Origin: Candidatus Bathyarchaeia archaeon | GTDB lineage: Archaea > Thermoproteota > Bathyarchaeia > Bathyarchaeales > Bathycorpusculaceae | Direction: 5' to 3' | Length of the DNA stretch: 32,000 nt | NCBI GenBank assembly: GCA_041447175.1 | Contig: CP166960.1 | Location: 199,118-231,117 of the forward strand | Part shown: piece after piece, positions 1 through 7,627 of the stretch | Position numbering within the stretch: position 1 is the stretch's first letter | Layout of the letters: each line of letters opens with the position of its first letter | The notes under the pieces: generated by a model | The model's database searches: none | What the model was told of the DNA's origin: nothing | Seen by the model: only the letters and a program-made list of their open reading frames with translations | Position numbers and translations under genes: made by a program

Positions 1-1
1 C

Positions 2-1492
2 ATAATATACTGGGTAAACCAGCAGGGCAAAGAGGTCCCTGCAAACGCTGGTTACATTGCACTGGTTGGCTGCAAAGACCTCACTGTACAAGGCTTTAAC
101 CTGAAAGGTAATGGGCAAGCCATGCTTTTGGTTGAGGTTACAAACGTCACGGTCATTCACAATTCCATCGAGGGTAACGGGAACGGCATTTGGCTGTTAA
201 ACTCCCACAATAACACCATCGCCGAAAACACCTTTTCCCACAATGTGCATAATGCGCTTTACATTTCATCTTCAAACAACAACACCCTGAAACAAAACAC
301 GTTTCTAAACAATGGCCTTGAAGGAACGCAGTCATCGCAGGTTTTGGGCAGCGACGGACGCGCCGCCATTCGCCTTTCAATCTCCTCAAACAACCTCATC
401 ACCCAGAACACGTTGATAGGCAACGGTGAAGGCATTGACCTTCGAAGCTGCAGCTCCAACCTGATGTGCCAAAACAACCTTACCGCCACCAGCGGCGTAG
501 GCATTGGCTTTTTTGAATGCTCCCTTAACAATGTAACCCAGAACCGAATCACCCAAAGCACTGATTGGGCAATCCGACTTTGGTACCATACAACCCAAAA
601 CGTCGTCAACGCCAACTACGTCGCCAACAACAGTAACGGTATCCTGCTCGATGAAGCCGAATACAACCACATCATACAAAACACCATCACAAACAACACG
701 GGCTGGGGGATTCAGCTGAAAAGCGCCAGCGACACCTCAATGACTGCCTCAAACAACACCATAACCCACAATAACTTTGTCGGAAACCAACAAGAACACG
801 GGTTGGATGTTTCTATACCTGGAATTTGGGTGTGGCATGGTGGCAACGTGGCAGGGGTCGGCAACTTTTGGGATGACGGCAAAGAAGGCAACTACTGGGG
901 CGACTACCAAACCCGCTACCCCAACGTGTCCGAGGTGCCTGGGGCAGGCATCTGGGATGTCCCGTGGGAAATAAACGAAAACAACATCGACCACTGCCCC
1001 TTGACTTCTCCGTACACAGTTGGGTTGCCAATAAACTTCACCACACCCTCACCCAACCCAACGGCTACCCCAACACCAGACGTGTCCCAATCGCCAAAAC
1101 CCACGGTTACCCTGCTGACCCCAGAAAACAAAACCTACCCCCAAAGCACCGTGGAGTTTTCTTTTGTTGTGGAGCAGCCTGTTCCGTGGATAGGCTACAG
1201 TTTAGATGGGCAAGCAAACGCGACGATTAACGGCAACGCCAGCCTCGTAGGCTTAACTGCGGGCGCACACAGTTTGGTGATTTACGTCCAGTCTTTAGAT
1301 GGCGCCGTCGGAGGCTCTTCCGTGGTTAACTTTGCTGTTCAAGCGCCCGAAGCGGCGCAGACTGTTTTTCCTTGGGCAATCGCTGTGGGCGCGGTTTTGT
1401 TTGCAGTTGCGTTGTCGGCGGTTGGTTTGGTGTGGGTGAGTAAACGCAGAGGGACTGGCGGAGGGGCTGGTTGGTTTGTCAAGAAACTTTGA
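2..1492 (+). CDS. Secreted right-handed beta-helix (NosD/PbH1-repeat-like) surface protein, 5' end cut by window edge, C-terminal TM anchor
   Basis: Frame 2 is open from base 2. It reads IIYWVNQQGKEVPANAGYIALVGCKDLTVQGF, the same module-start motif seen in the two downstream paralogs, so the ATG at 122 is internal. Asn/Gly-rich ~22-aa repeats are present (NNTIAENTFSHN, NNLITQNTLIGNGEG). The tail has GNYWGDY...DHCPL, a Pro/Thr linker (TTPSPNPTATPTPDVSQSPKPT), then a hydrophobic helix followed by KRR. Confidence 0.8.
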   Translation: MIYWVNQQGKEVPANAGYIALVGCKDLTVQGFNLKGNGQAMLLVEVTNVTVIHNSIEGNGNGIWLLNSHNNTIAENTFSHNVHNALYISSSNNNTLKQNTFLNNGLEGTQSSQVLGSDGRAAIRLSISSNNLITQNTLIGNGEGIDLRSCSSNLMCQNNLTATSGVGIGFFECSLNNVTQNRITQSTDWAIRLWYHTTQNVVNANYVANNSNGILLDEAEYNHIIQNTITNNTGWGIQLKSASDTSMTASNNTITHNNFVGNQQEHGLDVSIPGIWVWHGGNVAGVGNFWDDGKEGNYWGDYQTRYPNVSEVPGAGIWDVPWEINENNIDHCPLTSPYTVGLPINFTTPSPNPTATPTPDVSQSPKPTVTLLTPENKTYPQSTVEFSFVVEQPVPWIGYSLDGQANATINGNASLVGLTAGAHSLVIYVQSLDGAVGGSSVVNFAVQAPEAAQTVFPWAIAVGAVLFAVALSAVGLVWVSKRRGTGGGAGWFVKKL

Positions 1493-1585
1493 CGTGCCGT
1501 TCTTTTTTCTGTACGGTTTTGGTCAAAGAACCTTTACAAAAACCCATTTAACTCCACATCGTTCGTTCTATGGTGAGGCTTCAGC

Positions 1586-3688
1586 ATGAAAAAACTTGCC
1601 CCCACATTTGCCCTTCTGTCTCTCCTTCTACTTCCCTTGTTGCTTCTTGGCACCGCTGGTTTGGCGGGTGCGCGTCCTGAAGAAACAAACTTCATCCAAG
1701 CCGACGGCTCCGTCTCGGGAACAGCCAACATCCAGCGCAACGGCGATGTTTACACTTTTACGGGGAACATAACGGGCTCGTTGACCGTTGAGAGAGACAA
1801 CGTTGTGGTTGATGGTGTAGGATACACGCTGGAAGGCGGAAACCGCGGTGTCGTCATCGCAGGCAGGCAGAATGTGACTGTGAAAAACGTGGTGGTGCTG
1901 CTTGAAGGCGGCTACGTAGTCGATGTGGGGGAAGCTCAAGACTGTGCCCTCATAAATAACACGTTAATTGGGACGCCTGAACCTCTTGTTATTCCAGGGT
2001 TTGAGGACATGCCTTCCACTCCCCTGCTGGGTCCCATAGCCGTTAACTTTCTGCATTCCCAAAACATATCTGTGGTAAACAACACGATGGTGAACTTTTT
2101 CTACGCCCTCTCACTTGAATGGTCGTATGGCAACACCATCGTCGGCAACAACTTGGTTGATGGTGTTTTAGGCATAACCATTCAGAACTCGACGGGCTGC
2201 GTTTTCAGGGACAACCACCTGAGCAATTGCACCTTCTCGACCTACACCTATCCCCTGTACCAGTACAATAACGATTTAGATTCGTCAAACACCGTGGACG
2301 GCAAACCGATTATCTACTGGCTTAACGAAAAAGACAAAATGGTGCCCTCGGATGCGGCGTACGTTGCGCTGGTAAACTGCACAGGCATAACTGTGCAGAA
2401 CTGCAATCCCACAGGCATCGCGCTGGTTTCAACCTCAAATAGCACAGTCGCCGACGTGACCATGACGGGGCGCCGCGGCGACGGCATCAAACTGCTCGAC
2501 TGCACGGGCATAACCATCGTTGGCTGCAACCTTACGGACGGCGCCATAGCAATAGGCATCGAAAACTCCAGCAACAACACCATACGCGACAACGAAATCT
2601 CCACCCAGTTAACCCGCGGCATTAACCTTGGCAACGCGAGCAACAACTTAATCGTGGGCAACCTCCTATTCAACAACAGCTACGCCCTTGCACCCTCCCA
2701 AGACGCCGTCTCGACGGGCAACGTGGTCGCGTCAAACAACTTTACAAATAACGGTTTTGCAGTTACCGTACGGGGTAACATGCAACTTGTCAACAACACG
2801 TTTATGGGTAACGAGCAGGCGGTTCTGTGTTACAGCGGCTCCAACAACATCACAGGCAACACGTTCACAGGCAACGGGCGAGGCGTCATTTTGCAGTCCA
2901 CCGGCAATACCCTAAGGAGCAACTCTTTCGTAGGCAATAACGAAAGCTTGCCCATTAACAGCGCAAACTTTGACAACAACGTCGACCTCACCAACACGCT
3001 AAACGGCAAGCCTATGTGCTACTGGGTCAACCAGCACAACCAAACCGTGCCCCCCGACGCAGGCTTCTTGGCGCTTGTGAACTGCTCCGGCATCACTGCA
3101 CAAGGACTCACACTCAACAACCAGTCAAACGGTGTCCTGCTTGCCTTCACCTCCGACTCCAACATCACAGGCAACGTCATCGCCGGTAACACAAACGGCA
3201 TCTACCTCTACGGCGCCCCAAACAACACTTTCATAGGCAACAACGTCACGGACAACGGTTACGCGGTTTACGTAAGCGGCGGATTCATTTCCTTCCTCGG
3301 ATACCCACCCATAACCTACACGCCATCCTCAGGCAACCTGTTCCTCCAAAACAACTTTGTAAACAACAGCCAGACGCTCTACGATTTAGCAGGTGCCTAC
3401 CAAGTTAACTCGCCCCCATCCGAGAACATCTGGGACAACGGCACCGTGGGCAACTACTGGAGCACCTACTCAGGCTCAGACGAGAACGGTGACGGCGTGG
3501 GCGACAGCGGGTTTGTGGTTTACGCCAAAAACACCGACAACCACCCCCTCATGCAAGCCGTAACGGTGGAAACGATTCCCGAATTTCCAGCGTGGGCGAT
3601 TCTGCCCCTGTTTGGCGCGGTAGCTTTAAGCGTTTTGGCGTTCAAGAAACGTTCCCTGTCTAAACTTAACGGAGGCACACAGCAATGA
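1586..3688 (+). CDS. Secreted beta-helix (NosD/PbH1-like) surface protein with two beta-helix modules and a PEF-CTERM-like tail
   Basis: The ATG is preceded by GGTGAGG (1572-1578). Signal peptide MKKLAPTFALLSLLLLPLLLLGTAGLAGA. Long runs of Asn/Gly-rich repeats (NNTIRDNEIS, NNLIVGNLLF, NNITGNTFTGNGRG). The DGKP-x-YW-x-N...LVNC-x-GIT module occurs twice. Tail motif GNYWSTYSGSDENGDGVGD...DNHPL. C-terminus IPEFPAWAILPLFGAVALSVLAFKKRS. Confidence 0.85.
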   Translation: MKKLAPTFALLSLLLLPLLLLGTAGLAGARPEETNFIQADGSVSGTANIQRNGDVYTFTGNITGSLTVERDNVVVDGVGYTLEGGNRGVVIAGRQNVTVKNVVVLLEGGYVVDVGEAQDCALINNTLIGTPEPLVIPGFEDMPSTPLLGPIAVNFLHSQNISVVNNTMVNFFYALSLEWSYGNTIVGNNLVDGVLGITIQNSTGCVFRDNHLSNCTFSTYTYPLYQYNNDLDSSNTVDGKPIIYWLNEKDKMVPSDAAYVALVNCTGITVQNCNPTGIALVSTSNSTVADVTMTGRRGDGIKLLDCTGITIVGCNLTDGAIAIGIENSSNNTIRDNEISTQLTRGINLGNASNNLIVGNLLFNNSYALAPSQDAVSTGNVVASNNFTNNGFAVTVRGNMQLVNNTFMGNEQAVLCYSGSNNITGNTFTGNGRGVILQSTGNTLRSNSFVGNNESLPINSANFDNNVDLTNTLNGKPMCYWVNQHNQTVPPDAGFLALVNCSGITAQGLTLNNQSNGVLLAFTSDSNITGNVIAGNTNGIYLYGAPNNTFIGNNVTDNGYAVYVSGGFISFLGYPPITYTPSSGNLFLQNNFVNNSQTLYDLAGAYQVNSPPSENIWDNGTVGNYWSTYSGSDENGDGVGDSGFVVYAKNTDNHPLMQAVTVETIPEFPAWAILPLFGAVALSVLAFKKRSLSKLNGGTQQ

Positions 3689-5574
3689 AGAAGCCCCGAA
3701 TCGCCTTCATACTCATTTTGGCTTTGTTTTCCAGCTTACTTCTGCTTCCCGCGGTAGCAAACGCCCAGACCGCTTTGCCGACCCCCATTTACATACGCAG
3801 TGATGGAACCGTCGAAGGTGCAGGCTCCATCCTTCGTGACGGCGACCTTTACACTTTCACCGCAGATGTGGCTGGCTCCTTTGTGATTGAAAAAAGTAAC
3901 GTGGTCATTGACGGCGGCGGATTTACACTTCGGGCAGACGCTGACGGCTTCACAATCGAAGACCAAACAAACGTTACAATACGCGACCTTTCAGTGAATG
4001 CCGATTCTGGAACTGGCATGCTGATTAACCGCGTCTCAGGCTTCAGGGCGCAAAGCGTGATTCTTTATGGGGAGAGGGCTGGCATCCGCGCCCGTAACCT
4101 AACAGATAGCGTAATTGTGGCCTGCAGAATCGAAGCAAACGTTGAATACGCCTTGGCGCTGGCGTTCTCCCCCGACAACACCGTAGTTAATAACACCATC
4201 ATAAGTCACATGATAGATGCGGTGAACTGCGGTTACTCCTCAAACGTCCTCTGTGGCGGCAACACTATAATCTATGAGCCCTCCCAGTTCCCGCTGGCCG
4301 CTGGCATCCAGTTTGATGGCTCCACCAACTGCGTCATTACCGAAAATCACATCCGCGGATTCCCCATGGCAGGCATCAACCTGCAAGGCTACTCCAACAA
4401 CAACACCATATCACAAAACGACGTGATGAACTGCAGCGACGGCATCCGCCTCAGCATAGGCAGTGACCAAAACAACCTGACCAGTAACTACGTGGGAAAC
4501 TGTAGCGGTGCAGGCATAAGCCTTGACTCATCGCAGGGCAACCTGTTGCGGCGCAATCAACTCAACAGTAATGGTCAGAATCTGGAGGTGAGCTCTTACA
4601 CGGCGGCGGGATGGATAAACGACATAGATGACTCCAACTGGGTGGACCTAAAGCCCGTGGTTTACTGGGTCAACGAGCAGGGCAAAACGGTGCCTTCCTA
4701 CGCTGGCTGCATTTTCCTTGTGAACTGCACAAACATGACGATTGAAAACCAGGCTTTCACGGGCGGAGGCGATGCGGTTTTGATGGTTTACACAACAAAC
4801 TCCACAATCACTAGCAACTTTGCTTCAGAAAACTCCACCATCCGCCTCTACGAATCCTCCGAAAACTGCATCACGGCAAACGTTTTTGCAAACAACAATG
4901 TGGGTTTACGGTTGGAGGCTTCTTGCTTTAACAACCTAATCAGCGGCAACAACTTCACCGCCAACAACAACGGCATTTCGCTTTCCAGCAGCTCAAGCAA
5001 CACCATAACCCAGAACAACTTTACAGACAACCAAAACGCCCTCTTCTTTGCAAGCGCCAGCAGCAACAACATTTACCTCAACAACTTCCAAAACAACACG
5101 CAGCAAGTTTACGACAATGGCATGAGTAACCCCTACGCCACCGTCACAACCGCCCTTAACAACAAACTCGCCGTCGGGGCAGTCCAAACGCTCTCCAGCG
5201 TCGTCGTGGAACCCGCCAACTTTATCGGTCCTCCACCCCTGTCCGAGAACAACTGGGACGAAGGCAAAACCGGCAACTTCTGGAGCAACTACAACGGCAC
5301 CGACCAAAACGGCGACGGCATAGGCGACACTGCGTTTTACCTGTATGGAAACAACCAAGACAACCACCCCCTGATGGTGCCTTACAGTATTGGGACGACT
5401 ACGCCCTCCCCAAGTTCGTCAACAACACCTTCTTCTTCGCCTTCCCCAAGCCCATCCCAGAGCCCGCAGCCTTCCCCTTCCGTCCCAGAATTTCCAGTTT
5501 TACCCCTCCTCGTGCTGTTCATCGGAGCAGTTTGCGTCTCGTTTATTGTGAAACTGAGAGGTAAAACCAGATGA
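3685..5574 (+). CDS. Secreted beta-helix (NosD/PbH1-like) surface protein with PEF-CTERM-like tail
   Basis: The ATG overlaps the upstream stop as ATGA (3685-3688), with GGAGG at 3671-3675. Signal peptide MKKPRIAFILILALFSSLLLLPAVANA. The N-terminal module and Asn-rich repeats match the upstream gene. Tail motif GNFWSNYNGTDQNGDGIGD...DNHPL. Ser/Pro/Thr linker, then VPEFPVLPLLVLFIGAVCVSFIVKLRGKTR. Confidence 0.85.
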   Translation: MKKPRIAFILILALFSSLLLLPAVANAQTALPTPIYIRSDGTVEGAGSILRDGDLYTFTADVAGSFVIEKSNVVIDGGGFTLRADADGFTIEDQTNVTIRDLSVNADSGTGMLINRVSGFRAQSVILYGERAGIRARNLTDSVIVACRIEANVEYALALAFSPDNTVVNNTIISHMIDAVNCGYSSNVLCGGNTIIYEPSQFPLAAGIQFDGSTNCVITENHIRGFPMAGINLQGYSNNNTISQNDVMNCSDGIRLSIGSDQNNLTSNYVGNCSGAGISLDSSQGNLLRRNQLNSNGQNLEVSSYTAAGWINDIDDSNWVDLKPVVYWVNEQGKTVPSYAGCIFLVNCTNMTIENQAFTGGGDAVLMVYTTNSTITSNFASENSTIRLYESSENCITANVFANNNVGLRLEASCFNNLISGNNFTANNNGISLSSSSSNTITQNNFTDNQNALFFASASSNNIYLNNFQNNTQQVYDNGMSNPYATVTTALNNKLAVGAVQTLSSVVVEPANFIGPPPLSENNWDEGKTGNFWSNYNGTDQNGDGIGDTAFYLYGNNQDNHPLMVPYSIGTTTPSPSSSTTPSSSPSPSPSQSPQPSPSVPEFPVLPLLVLFIGAVCVSFIVKLRGKTR

Positions 5575-5694
5575 AGCGTTCGTAAGCAACATAGCCGCTC
5601 CTGCGCAGTTGTATCCTTTGCCAGCTTTGCATCTGCGAATTAGAGTTGGAGTGGCTGTGCTGTTTTTTAAAAAGAAGTTTGCGCTGATTAAGCG

Positions 5695-6099
5695 TTAACT
5701 TGCGCGGGAATGTTTGAGGTTAAACTTCTTGGTGGGCACTTTAATCAGCCCTGCTTTTCTCAAGAAAGCCAAAACTGCCAACGCGATGACTATGATGCCG
5801 AGGGACTGTGTGATTGAGGTGACGTTTATGCCAACGGGCGACAAGCCAAGGAACAATCCAGATATGCCTGCGATGCTGAAACTTAGCGCCACAGACAGGA
5901 CGGTTTTTTCTCCAAAATCCAGTTTGCGTTCTTGAAACAGGAAACTGGTGAGGCAGTATCCGGGTACGAAGGCGACGAAGGTGAATCCGAAAAAGGTTCT
6001 AATCCCTGAAAATGTGGAGTCGCTGGGGATAAAGTAGACGCATAACAACGTTAAGGCTGTGTAAACGACGACGATTCCAAACCAAGTGGCTGGCTTCAC
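5695..6099 (-). CDS. Small polytopic membrane protein, resembles the N-terminal TM region of archaeal DUF1616 proteins
   Basis: 134 aa with about 4 hydrophobic helices. The stretch FVAFVPGYCLTSFLF...EKTVLSVALSFSIAGISGLFLGLSPVGI matches the FxPGY...E+xxLSxxLS...GLxL..P.GI pattern I recall for DUF1616. The family call is from memory only. Confidence 0.55.
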   Translation of the reverse strand: MKPATWFGIVVVYTALTLLCVYFIPSDSTFSGIRTFFGFTFVAFVPGYCLTSFLFQERKLDFGEKTVLSVALSFSIAGISGLFLGLSPVGINVTSITQSLGIIVIALAVLAFLRKAGLIKVPTKKFNLKHSRAS

Positions 6100-6143
6100 C
6101 GTTTTAGCCTGCTAAAGTTTTAAAAAAATGAAAGAGGGTGGGT

Positions 6144-7052
6144 TTAAAGGAACAGTTTGAAGATTGGGTGCTCTTCGTTTAGTGGCCTTGTTTCGAGGTC
6201 TGCAGCTGCGGATGCAATGTAGGTGTCGACGACTGCGACTGCGGGGAACACGTATTCAGCTTGCTCAGCTGGGCCAATCATAAGCCAGTTGGCGCCCATG
6301 GTTTGCATGATAGCGTTGGTTGCTGTGCGGCAGCCATAGCGGAATTCTTTAGCGACGTGCGCCTTGACCCATCCCATAGTGGTGACGACGTTTCCGCTGC
6401 CTAAGCCCACTGGGTGACCATACTTCTCTTTCATGATGGGTATGGTTCTGACTGCTGTGCCCATGTCTGGTGCAAACGCAGGTATAGCGGTGTCAATTAG
6501 CGGTTGAGTGATTCCGCCTTTTTCTGCCAGCGCTAATGCTTCTTCGATGACTGTCATTTTGCCTTCTAGACTGTTGTCTTTTGGGTTGTCGGCAAGCACA
6601 ATGGACATTTTGATGCCGCTTTCCTTGAGGGTTTCCAACTCAGCGTCGGTCACGCCTTTATAGACTGAGTTGTAGAAGCATCTGTTCTGTAGACCCATTT
6701 CTTTTGCCATTTTGGCTGCTGCCATACGAGTCTTGGGGCTCATTGCGTCAAGCATGATTGGGAAGTCGCCGTGTTTCGCGACGAAGTCAATGTATTTGCT
6801 GAATGCTTCTTCAGTTGTCCCGACAACGTCCAAAGCAAAATTTACGCCAGTTTGGTCACTTTGGGTCTGCATTGTGTTGATGATTTTCTCGGCTTCTGCA
6901 GCGTCAAAAATTCCCTTGTTTGCGTCTTGAACCATCTTCTGACCTAGCCAGAAAATTGAGCCAATCAGGAAAGTTGGCAGTTCACCTGGTTGACCGCCCA
7001 CTTTAACGTTTGCGATTTCGTACACTTTTTGTTCAGTGTTGAATCTCTTCAT
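6144..7052 (-). CDS. mtrH: MtrH-family methyl-(tetrahydromethanopterin/tetrahydrofolate):corrinoid methyltransferase
   Basis: 302 aa, colinear by eye with methanogen MtrH. Matching stretches include EQKVYEIANVKVGGQPGELPTFLIGSIF, GIFD...AE, YIDFVAKH, PIMLDAMS, RMAAAK, YNSV, SIVLADNP, PLIDTAI, GHPVGLGSGN and VFPAVAVVDTYIASAAADL. No other mtr subunit genes are adjacent, so this is an orphan MtrH-like methyltransferase. Confidence 0.85.
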   Translation of the reverse strand: MKRFNTEQKVYEIANVKVGGQPGELPTFLIGSIFWLGQKMVQDANKGIFDAAEAEKIINTMQTQSDQTGVNFALDVVGTTEEAFSKYIDFVAKHGDFPIMLDAMSPKTRMAAAKMAKEMGLQNRCFYNSVYKGVTDAELETLKESGIKMSIVLADNPKDNSLEGKMTVIEEALALAEKGGITQPLIDTAIPAFAPDMGTAVRTIPIMKEKYGHPVGLGSGNVVTTMGWVKAHVAKEFRYGCRTATNAIMQTMGANWLMIGPAEQAEYVFPAVAVVDTYIASAAADLETRPLNEEHPIFKLFL

Positions 7053-7076
7053 ACTGCGTCATATCCCGGTGAAAGT

Positions 7077-7502
7077 TTATGCGAGTGCTTTCTTTGCGAT
7101 TTCTGGGGCTTCTTCTTTGTTTTTGCCGAAGAGTGCGCCGATTGCGTCTGCATCTTCTTTCTTAACGGCTGCTCCGCCCATGATGATTTTGACGCTGAGA
7201 CCTGCAGCTTTGATTGCATCCATAAGTTTTGGAAGCTGGTTCTTTGCGGGTACAGTGTTAACAGAAAGTGCGAGAAGAGTTGCGTTGTTTTCTTTTATTT
7301 TCTGAACAAACGCATCAATTGGGGCGCTTTTGCCTACATCGATTGTTTTGAATCCTGCCCGTTTGAGTGACTTGCGGACTGCTTCTTTTGCTGTGTCGTG
7401 CATGTCGGGTTCAATGTTGCCGATAACGACAGTTGCGATTGGATTGGTTGGTTCTGGAGGTTCCTTTTCCATCATAGATTTAAGCCATGACATTTCAAAC
7501 AC
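7077..7502 (-). CDS. Small corrinoid (cobalamin)-binding protein, B12-binding Rossmann domain only
   Basis: 141 aa. VVIGNIEPDMHDTAKEAV is a DxHxxG-type lower-ligand motif with His kept and Gly replaced by Ala. It is followed by GFKTIDVG, LLALSVNT (SxL-like) and KIIMGGAAV (GG motif). The gene ends 24 nt upstream of the MtrH-like gene. The exact start is uncertain (Met at codons 1, 4, 10 and 11). Confidence 0.75.
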   Translation of the reverse strand: MFEMSWLKSMMEKEPPEPTNPIATVVIGNIEPDMHDTAKEAVRKSLKRAGFKTIDVGKSAPIDAFVQKIKENNATLLALSVNTVPAKNQLPKLMDAIKAAGLSVKIIMGGAAVKKEDADAIGALFGKNKEEAPEIAKKALA

Positions 7503-7627
7503 ACCTGATTTAAGATTTTAAGGTTTGTTTTACTGTCGGGTTTTATATTGGAATAGATATTTAAACTTTGACATCACTACCCATTGCTTAAACGAACGGA
7601 AACGCGATGGTCTAGGAAGGCAACCGA

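Noticed and set aside
2314-5367. Several 60-124-aa antisense or alternate-frame ORFs inside the beta-helix genes (for example 2314-2676 and 4993-5367 on the minus strand)
   Set aside because: AAC/GGC-rich repeats leave the opposite strand free of stops (Val/Leu-rich shadows). All are nested in strongly supported CDSs.
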